A program made the position numbers and the translations under genes. Of a stretch of 64,000 nt of DNA, positions 18,326 through 28,357 are shown one piece after another. Under the pieces are notes generated by a model that ran no database searches, was not told the origin of the DNA, and saw nothing but the letters and a program-made list of their open reading frames with translations. The first letter of the stretch is position 1. Each line of letters starts with the position of its first letter. Where the stretch lies: contig JAAOZP010000010.1 in assembly GCA_011605725.1 (NCBI GenBank), positions 20,973-84,972 of the forward strand, written 5' to 3'. The stretch is from Nitrososphaerota archaeon (GTDB lineage: Archaea; Thermoproteota; EX4484-205; JAAOZP01).

Positions 18326-19867
18326 ATGGTCACGCTGGAACGGATCATTCAGAGAACACCTTTTGAAAAGCTTGCTGGCCAAACCGTAATGGGCTATGTT
18401 GACGAGGTGAAAAGCTTCAGCGAGCTTGAGGAGATTGTGTTGAAGAACGCTTTAAGCGGGTTTATAATCGGCAGGAAAGCCCTCTCAGGACTTAAGAATC
18501 CTGGGTCCTCATTGAGGGAACTGGCTGCTTCCTACAGAAGAATCCTGGGTTTCCCCCTCATTATTGCTGCTGAGCATGAAGGCATTGGGCTTGAGGGTCT
18601 CTACCCGCCTGCAACAGAGTTGCCGAGTCAAATGGGTGTGGGTGCAACCGGGGACGTGAAGTCGGCCTACATAGCTGGTTACGTGACTGCTCTAGAATTG
18701 AGGACTCTTAGTATTAACACCAACCTGGCGCCAGTGGCGAACCTTTACTCCACCGGAATGGGAGAGAATTGCTTTGGAGATGATCCTGACGAGGTTTCTA
18801 GCTACGTGGTCAGCTACATAAGGGGTTTGAGAAACGGTGGCGTCATATCTTTTGTCAAATACTTTCCTGGAAGGTTTGAGAAGCATGTTGGCGAGGGAGA
18901 TCTTAACGGTCTTCTTAAAAGAGATTTCAAGCCTTTTCAACAAGCCTTCAAATCAGGTGTTGAGGGTGTTGTGATTGGGCACAGTCCGCTTCCAGTTGCA
19001 GGAGACATGGATACTCCATCATCATTATCGTCTAAGGTTGTTGAGAGGATAGTGAAGAGAGAAATGGGTTTTAAGAATCTTCTTGTGACGGATTATCTGG
19101 ATGATAAGCAGGTCTCGGAGAACTTTGTTCCGGAGGAAGCTGCGATAAAGGCTTTGGAGGCGGGAAACCATATAGTGGTGCCTTCGCGAAGAATCGAGAA
19201 AACACAGGAGGTTTTGAACATCATTCTTGAAAAAACTAGGGAGGATAGGGGTTTATACGAGAAGGTAAGAAACAGTGCTTTAGAGGTACTGAGTTTCAAG
19301 CTTAAAAAGTTTGAGAAATTCAAAAAAACTCCTGAGAAAACGCGTGGCAGTATTATAAACCGGACTAAAGCTTGGAAAATATTTATTCGAAGCATAGCTC
19401 TGATGAAGGGTGTCGAGGAACTTCCTCTAAGATGGTTGGGTAAGCCTCTCGTCGTCGTCACAGGTAGGTTTGAAGAAAAGCTGGATGAAACGGGTAAGAA
19501 TACCCTTATAGAGGTTTTGAGAGAAGAGCTTGGAGAGTTCAATCTTTTGGAGCGCTTCGAAGAAGTTTCCAGCAAGAAACTTGGAGAGATTTATAGAAGT
19601 ACTCCTAGCAATACGCTACTGTTAGTACTGGCTTACAATACGCAGGAAAACAGGCGGGAACTCTCTATGCTTAAAAAGCTTGTAGAGTTCTTCAGGGAGA
19701 GCGTAGTCATATCGCTCGGAGCCCCTGAGGATCTGCCACAGTTAAGCAGCGCTAAGATTTGCGTTGCCGCTTTCACCCCGAGCGTGACCGCCGTCAAGGC
19801 TACTTTAAAGGTTTTAAAAGGCAGGTTTAAACCCATGGGGAAACCACCTGTTAAAATATGGCTTTAA
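18326..19867 (+). CDS. Glycoside hydrolase family 3 (NagZ/BglX N-domain)-like protein
   Basis: FPLIIAAEHEG (cf. PLLIxxDQEGG), NTNLAPVANL (cf. NxNFAPVxDV), KYFPGR (cf. KHFPGHG), GFKNLLVTDYLDD (cf. GFxGxxxSDxxxM). The His/Asp motif after FPG is degenerate. Confidence 0.6.
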   Translation: MVTLERIIQRTPFEKLAGQTVMGYVDEVKSFSELEEIVLKNALSGFIIGRKALSGLKNPGSSLRELAASYRRILGFPLIIAAEHEGIGLEGLYPPATELPSQMGVGATGDVKSAYIAGYVTALELRTLSINTNLAPVANLYSTGMGENCFGDDPDEVSSYVVSYIRGLRNGGVISFVKYFPGRFEKHVGEGDLNGLLKRDFKPFQQAFKSGVEGVVIGHSPLPVAGDMDTPSSLSSKVVERIVKREMGFKNLLVTDYLDDKQVSENFVPEEAAIKALEAGNHIVVPSRRIEKTQEVLNIILEKTREDRGLYEKVRNSALEVLSFKLKKFEKFKKTPEKTRGSIINRTKAWKIFIRSIALMKGVEELPLRWLGKPLVVVTGRFEEKLDETGKNTLIEVLREELGEFNLLERFEEVSSKKLGEIYRSTPSNTLLLVLAYNTQENRRELSMLKKLVEFFRESVVISLGAPEDLPQLSSAKICVAAFTPSVTAVKATLKVLKGRFKPMGKPPVKIWL

Positions 19868-19915
19868 GTATTATTCAGATGAGATTAAATACTGGCTGAT
19901 ACTTTTCTGAAGACG

Positions 19916-21592
19916 TTGAAGTGGTGGAGGATACAGTTTAAGAAAGACGGTGGAGAAACCTATTCTAATGCATACAGGCTCGTAAACAATCTTGTTGAAG
20001 CAGGGTTTAAAGTTGGAAGGGTGGTGAAGCTCAGAAGCAGCAGGGACACGCATCTTAAACCTGGCGACTTCGTGATCGGTGTAGAAGATGATTATTCGGA
20101 ATGCTTGATGAAGGATCTTGGAGAGGAGTATAGTGTAGAGTTGAAGCCTTTGAAAAACGTTGAGCATCAGAGTGTTTCTTGGCTGCACGTCCCGCTAATT
20201 GGATTATACAGTGGGAACGGGGTTTCAGTATCGTACTTGAAGGAAACCGTGGAGACCTTGTTTAACATGGGTTTTAGGAGGATATCTCTCCTTCCAGGAC
20301 CTTTGACGCCTGAAGACTTGCGTGCCATAGATGTCTTAATAGTTGGCGGTGGAGATAGTTTCGAAATACTCAGGTCACTCGGGAAAGACGAAGCTAGAAA
20401 TATCAGGCAATTCGTAGAGTCCGGAGGCTTATACATAGGAATATGCGCCGGTGCACTACTTTTGCTTAAACCAGTTAACCTGCCCGTATCAGCATACGGT
20501 GAGATAGAGGCTTGGAACGAGCTTCAGATGGTTGATTGCGAACTCGTGAGCGATATGGTTTCAGAGCCTTCTTGGCCTGTTTTCTCAGGAAGACGGCTCA
20601 GCGGGATTCTAAGGACTTACCCTGTAACAGGTCTCGTTAAGTCGAGGATTACGAGAAGAGGAATGTTGACACTGGGATATAGGGGTGAGCTCACGATGTT
20701 TCACACTGGTCCGTTTGTTAAAATCGCCAGTGCTAAACAGGTTTACGCAAAAATAATGCTGCCCCTTAATAGCGTGGAGTATGGTATACCTTGCGAGGAA
20801 GCGCTGGAAACGATGGAAGGCGCTAGCAGCATTGCGTTTACTGAACATGGATCTGGAAAGATAGTCCTATTCTTTTCTCACGTGGAGAGCCGTAGAACTC
20901 CCTTCACACACGGTTTGCTCGGGAACGCTGTGCTACTGAAAGCTTACTTGAGCGGGGAGAAGGTTTCTATGCCATCTGTAGAAGCTATGGAGCAGGAGAC
21001 CCTTCGGGAAGCATCTGAATCCTGTAGGATGCTGAAGCTGATCCGAGACTCTGCGAGCAAGGTTGTCGACCAGATGGAGAGCGTCGTGCCTTGGCTTTAT
21101 GCCGCCCGACTTCCGGATAGAGCTATAAGGCTTAGCATACTTAAGCAAGCATTAGCCAGCATCCTAGAGGAAGAGGATGTTGTTCTAAGCTCGGTCAGCG
21201 AGTCTGTTGAGGCTGAGAAACTGCTTCAGGAGCTCAGAAGGAAGAAACCGGCCCTGTTTCAGACAACAGTTTTATCCAATAATCTGGCAGAATGGAAGTA
21301 TGTTATTAGCAAGACTAGAAAAGCATTAACCCCGATTCTTGAAAGAATCATGAAGATTCAGGAAATGATGGCTGATTTCTCCGCCACAGTAGTATCCTCT
21401 CCAGGGGAGGAGATCGAAAGCAAGTTCGACCTCTTATTCAACAGTATTGTCGGCGGTAGAATGGTCAGCGGGAAGACGATGATTGTTTCGCCTGGAATCG
21501 TCTCTCCGATGCTGAGCATAATGCTTAACATTCAAGATTTCCTTGAAAAAACAAGATTCTTAAGGAAGATCATAACGTATGTTCAACCCTAG
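19916..21592 (+). CDS. Uncharacterised protein with a class-I glutamine-amidotransferase-like (BPL_N-like) domain and a long helical C-terminal half
   Basis: IDVLIVGGGDSFEILRSLGKDEARNIRQFVESGGLYIGICAGALLL resembles the GATase1/BPL_N nucleophile-elbow region. The C-terminal about 200 aa are helical and I did not recognise them. Confidence 0.5.
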   Translation: MKWWRIQFKKDGGETYSNAYRLVNNLVEAGFKVGRVVKLRSSRDTHLKPGDFVIGVEDDYSECLMKDLGEEYSVELKPLKNVEHQSVSWLHVPLIGLYSGNGVSVSYLKETVETLFNMGFRRISLLPGPLTPEDLRAIDVLIVGGGDSFEILRSLGKDEARNIRQFVESGGLYIGICAGALLLLKPVNLPVSAYGEIEAWNELQMVDCELVSDMVSEPSWPVFSGRRLSGILRTYPVTGLVKSRITRRGMLTLGYRGELTMFHTGPFVKIASAKQVYAKIMLPLNSVEYGIPCEEALETMEGASSIAFTEHGSGKIVLFFSHVESRRTPFTHGLLGNAVLLKAYLSGEKVSMPSVEAMEQETLREASESCRMLKLIRDSASKVVDQMESVVPWLYAARLPDRAIRLSILKQALASILEEEDVVLSSVSESVEAEKLLQELRRKKPALFQTTVLSNNLAEWKYVISKTRKALTPILERIMKIQEMMADFSATVVSSPGEEIESKFDLLFNSIVGGRMVSGKTMIVSPGIVSPMLSIMLNIQDFLEKTRFLRKIITYVQP

Positions 21593-24500
21593 CTAGACAT
21601 ATGTTGACAGAGGTAGGTCCTTATGATACTCGTCTAAAGAGAATGGCTCCTGTTCACTGCCATTATTATTGTTTTTAAACTGTATTGCTTCAACTATTTT
21701 CTCCGCGACCTCTAGACTCGTAATTACAGGTATGCCGAATTCTACTGCTGTCCTCCTGATTGCATACATGTCTTCAAGAGTACTCTTATCCCTATGGTCT
21801 GGAGTGTTTATCACTAGGCCTATCTTGCCACTTGCTAGGAAGCTTATTGAGTCGACCCCGTCAACAGACTTTTCGCTAAGCCTCCTAACCAGTATTACGT
21901 CGTTCAAACCGTTAGAAACCAAGAAGTCTCTTGTGCGTCGAGTGGCGGCGAGTGTAAAGCCCATTTCCTTGAGGGTTGAAGCCAGTTTTAAAGCTCTAGG
22001 CTTATCCTCGTCCCTAACTGTTATGAATATGATGTCGTTCTTAGATGGCAGGCTTAGACCTGAGGCTTCCCATGCCCTGGTGAAAGTATTTATGAAGTCG
22101 TAACCGATGCACGCTACTTCTCCTGTCGACCTCATCTCTACACCTAGAACAGGGTCTGCTCCTTTAAGCCTGACGAATGAGAAAACCGGCACTTTAACTC
22201 CAACAGTCTTCTCGTTATGCTTCAACAAGTCTTTAAACTCCCTAAGCTTCCGCGTAGCAATGAGTTTTCCTGCAAGCCATATCAATGGTATGCCTCTCGT
22301 CTTGCTTACAAAGGGCATTGTTCTGCTTGCCCTAACATTAGCCTCTATAACGTAGACCTCTGAATCCTTAACCAGGTACTGTATGTTGAAAGCCCCCACT
22401 ATCCGGAGTTCCTTCGCGATTCTAACCGTGTAGTCCTTAATCTTCTCGACAACGTCTTCAGCAAGCCTCTGCGGGGGAATCATGATAGTTGCGTCGCCGC
22501 TGTGTGTTCCAGCGTACTCCAGATGCTCCATCACTCCGCCTATGAATACTTCCTCGCCGTCACTTACAGCGTCCACTTCCGCTTCATAAGCTTGTTCGAA
22601 AAACTTGCTTATAACCACGGAGTGCTCTGGGGATATTCTAGTCGCGTTGCGAATATATTCTACAAGCTCCTCCTCGTTTGCAGCCACGTTCATCGCTGCT
22701 CCGGACAGCACGTAGGAAGGCCTTATTAAAACAGGATACCCTATCTCTCTTGCTTTCACAACAGCCTCTTCCATGCTAGTTACTCTCGTCCAGACCGGCT
22801 GCTTTATGCCAAGGTTGTCTAAAAGGAGGCTGAACTTCGCCCTGTCTTCAGCGAAATCTATGCTTAGAGGAGATGTTCCAAGGATTCTAACACCATGCTT
22901 ATAGAGTTTTTGACTAATGTTGATCGGATCCTGCCCACCCATTGTCACTACAACGCCTTCAGGCTTCTCGGCCTCAACAATGTCCATTACTCTTTCAAAC
23001 GAAAGTTCTTCGAAATACAGCTTATCCGACATGTCGTAGTCCGTAGAGACTGTTTCAGGATTATTGTTCACTACAATGACCTCGTCAAAACCCTCTTCTT
23101 TCATAGACCATACTGTATGCATCGTGCAATAGTCAAACTCAACGCTGCTCCCTATTCTGTTAGTCCCTGCCCCAAGTATTATAACCTTCCTTCTGCCAGT
23201 TTCTTCCGAAATATCGGTGGCTTCATCACCGTAGGTGGCGTAAAGATAGTTTGTAACGGATTCCCACTCCGCAGCCATCGTGTCTATCAGTTTGAAAACA
23301 GGTTTAACACCATGCTTAATCCTAAAACTTCTAACATCGTCTTCACTCCAGCCAAGCCTCTTTGCTATCTGAATATCTGAGAACCCTAGTCTCTTAGCCT
23401 CCTTAATTTTTTCAACGATCTTCTCCTCATCCTTCTCTCCGCGAAGATGTTTGAGCTCAGAATCTACCCGTATTATGTTCAGTATTCTGTAGAGAAACCA
23501 TTTGTCTATACCCGTCAACCTACTTATCTCGTCTACGCTAACGCCAGACTTTAAAGCCCTGACGAGGTTGAAAAGCCTCTCATCACTGGGCTTAAGAAAC
23601 TCAGCTAAATCTGCCGGAACTCCGTCCTCCTCACCGTCATTCCCAACTACGCCAACCCTACCTATTTGAAGCATTCTAACAGCTTTTTGTAGGGCTTCTT
23701 CGAAAGTCCTGCCTATAGCCATTACTTCTCCAACGGATTTCATCATGGTTCCTACAGTTCTGTCAACGTTTCCAGGGAATTTTTTGAAATCCCACCGGGG
23801 GAATTTCACAACAACATAGTCTAACGCGGGCTCGAAGCTGGCTTTCGTAACCCCAGTAACCTTGTTCGTGAGCTCCTCTATACGATATCCTATGGCAAGC
23901 TTCGTAGCAAGGTACGCCAGAGGATAGCCGGTGGCCTTGGACGCTAGTGCACTTGACCTTGAAAGCCTCGGGTTGACCTCGATGACGATCAGCTCCCCAT
24001 TTTCAGGATTAAGGCCGAACTGAATATTGCATTCTCCAACTATTTTCAGCTTATCCACGATTCTGAGGCCAGCTTCCCTAAGCCTATGATACTCTTTGTT
24101 CGTAAGTGTCTGAATAGGAACAACAACTATCTTCTCACCAGTGTGTACACCAAGCGGATCGAAACCCTCCATCGTCGCGACTGAAACGCTATTTCCATAA
24201 TAGTCCCTCATATACTCGTACTCAAGTTCCTTCCACCCGTAGTAGGATCTCTCTATGAGAACCTCCCTATTAATGCTCCATTTCAACGCTTTTGAAACCG
24301 TCTCGTAAAGCTCATCTCGATTCCTAGCTATTCCTGAACTCTGACCTCCAAGTGTGAAAGAGGTTCTAACGAGAAGCGGGAAACCAAGTCTCTCCGAGGC
24401 CTCAACCGCCTCCTCCGGGGTTTTTGCAACACTGCTCGGAGGAACTTTCAAACCTATCTCCCACATTGCCCTTCTAAACAGGTCCCTGTCTTCAGCTGTC

Positions 24501-24871
24501 CTGATTGTTTCAATAGAGCATCCGAGTACTTTAACGCCATACTTGTCTAAGATGCCTGCCTCATGCAGGCCTATGCCAAGGTTGAGAGCAGTCTGACCTC
24601 CGAAGCCCAGAAGAATACCATCCACCCTTTCCTTCTCAATTATTCTTGAAACAGATTTAACGGTCAGCGGCTCAAGATACACTTTGTCAGCCATTCTCCG
24701 GCTCGTCTGAATGGTTGCAATGTTCGGGTTAACTATAACCGTCTCTATGCCTTCCTCCTTCAGAGCCTTAAGCGCCTGACTCCCACTATAGTCGAATTCA
24801 GCCGCTTGGGCTATTACTATCCCTCCGCTTCCTATTACGAGCGCTTTTCTTATATTGCTAATCCTGGGCAT
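21593..24871 (-). CDS. carB: Carbamoyl-phosphate synthase large subunit
   Basis: 1092 aa with duplicated ATP-grasp halves. The N-terminus is KALVIGSGGIVIAQAAEFDYSGSQA and the second half has KVIILGAGTNRIGSSVEFDYC. An MGS-like C-terminal domain is present. Confidence 0.95.
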   Translation of the reverse strand: MPRISNIRKALVIGSGGIVIAQAAEFDYSGSQALKALKEEGIETVIVNPNIATIQTSRRMADKVYLEPLTVKSVSRIIEKERVDGILLGFGGQTALNLGIGLHEAGILDKYGVKVLGCSIETIRTAEDRDLFRRAMWEIGLKVPPSSVAKTPEEAVEASERLGFPLLVRTSFTLGGQSSGIARNRDELYETVSKALKWSINREVLIERSYYGWKELEYEYMRDYYGNSVSVATMEGFDPLGVHTGEKIVVVPIQTLTNKEYHRLREAGLRIVDKLKIVGECNIQFGLNPENGELIVIEVNPRLSRSSALASKATGYPLAYLATKLAIGYRIEELTNKVTGVTKASFEPALDYVVVKFPRWDFKKFPGNVDRTVGTMMKSVGEVMAIGRTFEEALQKAVRMLQIGRVGVVGNDGEEDGVPADLAEFLKPSDERLFNLVRALKSGVSVDEISRLTGIDKWFLYRILNIIRVDSELKHLRGEKDEEKIVEKIKEAKRLGFSDIQIAKRLGWSEDDVRSFRIKHGVKPVFKLIDTMAAEWESVTNYLYATYGDEATDISEETGRRKVIILGAGTNRIGSSVEFDYCTMHTVWSMKEEGFDEVIVVNNNPETVSTDYDMSDKLYFEELSFERVMDIVEAEKPEGVVVTMGGQDPINISQKLYKHGVRILGTSPLSIDFAEDRAKFSLLLDNLGIKQPVWTRVTSMEEAVVKAREIGYPVLIRPSYVLSGAAMNVAANEEELVEYIRNATRISPEHSVVISKFFEQAYEAEVDAVSDGEEVFIGGVMEHLEYAGTHSGDATIMIPPQRLAEDVVEKIKDYTVRIAKELRIVGAFNIQYLVKDSEVYVIEANVRASRTMPFVSKTRGIPLIWLAGKLIATRKLREFKDLLKHNEKTVGVKVPVFSFVRLKGADPVLGVEMRSTGEVACIGYDFINTFTRAWEASGLSLPSKNDIIFITVRDEDKPRALKLASTLKEMGFTLAATRRTRDFLVSNGLNDVILVRRLSEKSVDGVDSISFLASGKIGLVINTPDHRDKSTLEDMYAIRRTAVEFGIPVITSLEVAEKIVEAIQFKNNNNGSEQEPFSLDEYHKDLPLSTYV

Positions 24872-26008
24872 TCAGGCAGCCCTCCTTGTTTTTTCAACAA
24901 GCTTCAGAAACATTTCGAAGTATATTTTCGCATCATAGGGGCCTGGAGACGCTTCAGGGTGGAACTGTACTCCGAAAACCGGCTTATCTTCAAGCCTAAC
25001 TCCTTCAACGGTCTCGTCATTCACGTTTACATGTGTCAGCCTTAGCCTTGAATCCTCCAAGCTTTCCCTGCTGACTGCGAAACCATGGTTCTGACTAGTT
25101 ATATAGATTTTTCCTGTTTCAAGATCTAGGCACGGATGATTCTGTCCCCTATGCCCGAACTTCAATTTGTAGGTTTTTGCTCCGAGCGCTAGCGAGATCA
25201 GCTGGTGGCCTAGACATATTCCGAAAACCGGGACACCATATTCTATTAACCCCCTTACCGTTTTGAAGACATATTCTAGAAGCGCAGGGTCACCTGGACC
25301 GTTTGAAACAACAATGCCATCCGGCTCAAAACTCATGATTCTATCTAAAACGGTGTTGTGAGGAACCTGGATCACTTTAAAGCCGAGTACTAGAAGGTTT
25401 GCGATTATGGATTTCTTGACGCCAAGGTCTATGAGAACAGCTTGAAAACCATTGTGCTTAGCTGGCTCGTGCTCAATGATCCTGCTCGTAGAAACCTCTG
25501 CAGCGAGATTCCTCTTATTCGGATCCTGGACGCGTCTCGCTTTTTCTAAAAGAGTGTTTACATCCACATTTTCATCCTCATGATAAACTTTCAAAATACC
25601 GAGTTGGGTTCCCATGACCCTTATTTTCTGAGTTAGCATCCTCGTGTCAACCCTTGAAATGCCTGGTATGGACTCCTTCTCCAACCATTCTGACAGGGAC
25701 ATCACCGAGGTGCGGTGGCTGGGCGTGTCTATGCATTCCCTTACGACGAGGCCCCTGATCTTCGGCCTGTCTGATTCAAAGTCATCAGGGTTAACTCCGT
25801 AGTTTCCAATAAGTGGATAAGTTTGAATGAGTATTTGCCCCCAGTATGATGGGTCTGTTATTGATTCTACGTACCCAACCATGCCGGTGTTGAAGACAAA
25901 CTCGCCGTCAACCTCGCCTACGGCACCGAAGCCTTCGCCGCGAACAACAGTTCCGTCTGCAAGAACTATGATTGCCTTCTTCTTATTCCCATTCTTGCTT
26001 TTTGTCAC
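24872..26008 (-). CDS. carA: Carbamoyl-phosphate synthase small (glutaminase) subunit
   Basis: GFGAVGEVDGEFVFNTGMVGYVESITDPSY, the GATase triad context PVFGICLGHQL, and GVQFHPE. It abuts carB with no gap. Confidence 0.95.
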   Translation of the reverse strand: MTKSKNGNKKKAIIVLADGTVVRGEGFGAVGEVDGEFVFNTGMVGYVESITDPSYWGQILIQTYPLIGNYGVNPDDFESDRPKIRGLVVRECIDTPSHRTSVMSLSEWLEKESIPGISRVDTRMLTQKIRVMGTQLGILKVYHEDENVDVNTLLEKARRVQDPNKRNLAAEVSTSRIIEHEPAKHNGFQAVLIDLGVKKSIIANLLVLGFKVIQVPHNTVLDRIMSFEPDGIVVSNGPGDPALLEYVFKTVRGLIEYGVPVFGICLGHQLISLALGAKTYKLKFGHRGQNHPCLDLETGKIYITSQNHGFAVSRESLEDSRLRLTHVNVNDETVEGVRLEDKPVFGVQFHPEASPGPYDAKIYFEMFLKLVEKTRRAA

Positions 26009-26043
26009 AGACTTATTCGAGGAGAGAAAGGTGCTGTCCCGCC

Positions 26044-26051
26044 TATTTAAA
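26044..26051. promoter_or_regulatory. TATA-like element in the 87-bp carA/pyrF divergent spacer
   Basis: TATTTAAA, containing the palindromic TTTAAA, lies 45-52 nt upstream of the pyrF ATG and 36-43 nt upstream of the carA start. GGTG sits 17-20 nt before the pyrF ATG. Confidence 0.3.
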
Positions 26052-26095
26052 GGTTATCCGCAAAGAAAATAAGCTGGTGTTAAGCATGAGAAGCG

Positions 26096-26830
26096 ATGTT
26101 AGAGGGCGAGTTTAGAAGGAGAATCCTTGAGAAAGCTTTTGAGAAAAAAAGCAGAGTAATCCTGGCTTTCGATGAGCATGGTGAAGACGCTGTCAACAAG
26201 CTTATCGTGCTTTGTGAAAGCCTTAAGGAACACGTGGTGGGGGTTAAGATAGGTTTGCCAACAATGCTTTCATCAGGTCTTCAAGGTCTCAGCAGGCTTA
26301 TTAAAAGGTTCAAGGAGGATTACGTGTTCATAGCGGATGTTAAAATGGCTGATGTTTCACATGTTAACAGCCTTATCTCTAGGCTTCTCTACGAGACTGG
26401 GTTCGACGCGATTATATCGCACGGCTTCATAGGCTACGAGGGTGGTTTAGAAGGTGTTTTCCACGAAGCTGAGAGGCTTGGTAAAGGAGTGATAATCGTG
26501 GTGAGCATGAGCCACCCGGGTTCAAAGGACTTCATAGACCCGGTTTCAGATAGGCTTGTTCAAATCGCTTTGAAATACATGGCAGACGGTGTGGTGGCTC
26601 CGGCCACAAGGCTCAGAATAGTAGAGGAGGTGAGGAAGACTGTTGGCAGCAGTCTTCTAATACTGACTCCTGGTGTCGGTGCTCAGGGAGCACCCTACGG
26701 CGCTGGGCTTTCAGCCGGGGCTGACTTCGAAATAATCGGGAGGAGCATAACAAGTTCCCTCAATCCTGTTGAAAAAGCTTTGGAGGTTAAGATGGAGCAT
26801 GGAAGAATACTTGGTCAAAGAGCTTGTTAA
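26096..26830 (+). CDS. pyrF: Orotidine 5'-phosphate decarboxylase
   Basis: SRVILAFDEH, VVGVKIGLP, FIADVKMADV (DxKxxD) and LILTPGVGAQG. Confidence 0.85.
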   Translation: MLEGEFRRRILEKAFEKKSRVILAFDEHGEDAVNKLIVLCESLKEHVVGVKIGLPTMLSSGLQGLSRLIKRFKEDYVFIADVKMADVSHVNSLISRLLYETGFDAIISHGFIGYEGGLEGVFHEAERLGKGVIIVVSMSHPGSKDFIDPVSDRLVQIALKYMADGVVAPATRLRIVEEVRKTVGSSLLILTPGVGAQGAPYGAGLSAGADFEIIGRSITSSLNPVEKALEVKMEHGRILGQRAC

Positions 26831-27422
26831 AGATATTTTTAGGGCCGGTGTCTTCAAAACAGGGGATTTTAAACTGACTTCAGGAGGGTTAAGCCCTTAC
26901 TACGTGGATCTGAGGACTCTCGTTTCCAGACCGAGGCTTTTCGAAAGACTTGTTGATTCATACATCGGTATGATGAAGAGCATCGGGATGGATTTTGATG
27001 TTGTAGCTGGTGTTGAAACCGCGGGAATACCCATCGCAACCCTAATATCCTTCAAGACTAGTACGCCGATGGTTTACGTTAGGAGTGGTGAAAGGGAGCA
27101 TGGGACTGGGAGATTGGTTGAAGGGGAGCTTCAGGCTGGGAGTAGAGTGGTTGTTGTTGACGATGTTTTAACAACAGGTGGAAGCATTATGAGTGCTGTT
27201 AAATCGATAAATGCTTCAGGGGGAAGAGTAGTGTATGCACTCGTCTTCCTAGACAGGCTTCAGAATGGTGCTAAAAGACTAGGGGAAGCCGGGGTTACAG
27301 TTTACTCCGTTATAAAGATAGACAGTTTTCTCAGAATACTCCTAGAGGACAAGCTTATATCTGAGCTAGAGTATGAGAGGATAATGAAATATTTGGAGGG
27401 TTTTCGAAATGTGGAGGAATAG
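26799..27422 (+). CDS. pyrE: Orotate phosphoribosyltransferase
   Basis: GVFKTGDFKLTSGGLSPYYVDLR and the PRPP loop RVVVVDDVLTTGGS. I prefer the ATG at 26799 (MEEYLVKEL) to the track start at 26769. There is a 32-nt overlap with pyrF. Confidence 0.9.
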   Translation: MEEYLVKELVKDIFRAGVFKTGDFKLTSGGLSPYYVDLRTLVSRPRLFERLVDSYIGMMKSIGMDFDVVAGVETAGIPIATLISFKTSTPMVYVRSGEREHGTGRLVEGELQAGSRVVVVDDVLTTGGSIMSAVKSINASGGRVVYALVFLDRLQNGAKRLGEAGVTVYSVIKIDSFLRILLEDKLISELEYERIMKYLEGFRNVEE

Positions 27423-28353
27423 GGATCTGATCGATTTAACAGAGTTTACTAGGAAAGATGTTGAAACTCTTTTTAAGCAGGCGGATTTATTCCTCGAAAC
27501 TAGGCTGGCACCTAATAAGATGCTTGAAGGAAAGATTATGGCTTCAGCCTTCTTCGAGCCAAGTACAAGAACCAGGCTTAGCTTTGAGTCCGCGATGCAT
27601 AGGCTTGGAGGTTCCGTGATAGGGTTCTCTTCCGCTGAGGGCACATCCGTCGAGAAGGGCGAGAGCATTGAAGATACTGTTAGAATGCTTGACAACTATT
27701 GTGACGTGATAGTTATGAGGCATCGTGAAGACGGTGTGATGCAGAGGCTTGCTCAGCTTGCTAAAAATCCTTTGATAAATGCTGGCGAGGGGCAGAGCCG
27801 CCACCCAACGCAGGCGCTAATCGACCTATACACTATTTTTAAGGAGAAGGGTATGTTGGAAGGGTTAAATTACGGCGTCATGGGCGACGTTAAGCACGCT
27901 AGGGCTGCTAGGGACTTCATAAGGGGTTTAAGCCTGTTCGGAGTCAGAGAGGTTAACCTGATAACGCCAAGGGAGCTGATGCCTGAGGAAGTTTTCGTTA
28001 AAGATTTAAACGCGAGGGGCGTTAGGCTTAACCATTACGAAAGGGTTGAGGATGTTATAGGGATGCTGGATGTTCTTTACGTTGTTAGGCTTCAAGTCGA
28101 GAGGTTTAGAGATAGGAGTGAGGCTGAAGCATTAAGGGGAAGCTACTCCATAAGCCTGAAAACGCTTGAACGCGCGAAGCGGGGGCTGCGTATTCTACAT
28201 CCTCTTCCAAGGGTCTGGGAGCTTTCAAGCGAGGTCGACGGCACGCCTTACGCTGCATACTTTAAACAGGTTTCCTACAGCATACCTGTGAGAATGGCTG
28301 TTCTAAGCTTGATACTTACTGACATTGAGAGGGTTCAAGAGGGTTTGATATGA
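27409..28353 (+). CDS. pyrB: Aspartate carbamoyltransferase catalytic subunit
   Basis: FFEPSTRTRLSFESA, RHPTQALIDLYT and HPLPRV. Confidence 0.95.
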   Translation: MWRNRDLIDLTEFTRKDVETLFKQADLFLETRLAPNKMLEGKIMASAFFEPSTRTRLSFESAMHRLGGSVIGFSSAEGTSVEKGESIEDTVRMLDNYCDVIVMRHREDGVMQRLAQLAKNPLINAGEGQSRHPTQALIDLYTIFKEKGMLEGLNYGVMGDVKHARAARDFIRGLSLFGVREVNLITPRELMPEEVFVKDLNARGVRLNHYERVEDVIGMLDVLYVVRLQVERFRDRSEAEALRGSYSISLKTLERAKRGLRILHPLPRVWELSSEVDGTPYAAYFKQVSYSIPVRMAVLSLILTDIERVQEGLI

Positions 28354-28357
28354 AGGA

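Noticed and set aside
21669-24596. Several 75-161-aa plus-strand ORFs inside carB. Similar antisense ORFs occur inside trm1, the NFACT gene, the 734-aa surface protein, the hydrolase at 53975..55693, and other genes.
   Set aside because: They are fully nested opposite strongly supported genes, have odd composition, and have no start context. I treat them as shadow ORFs.
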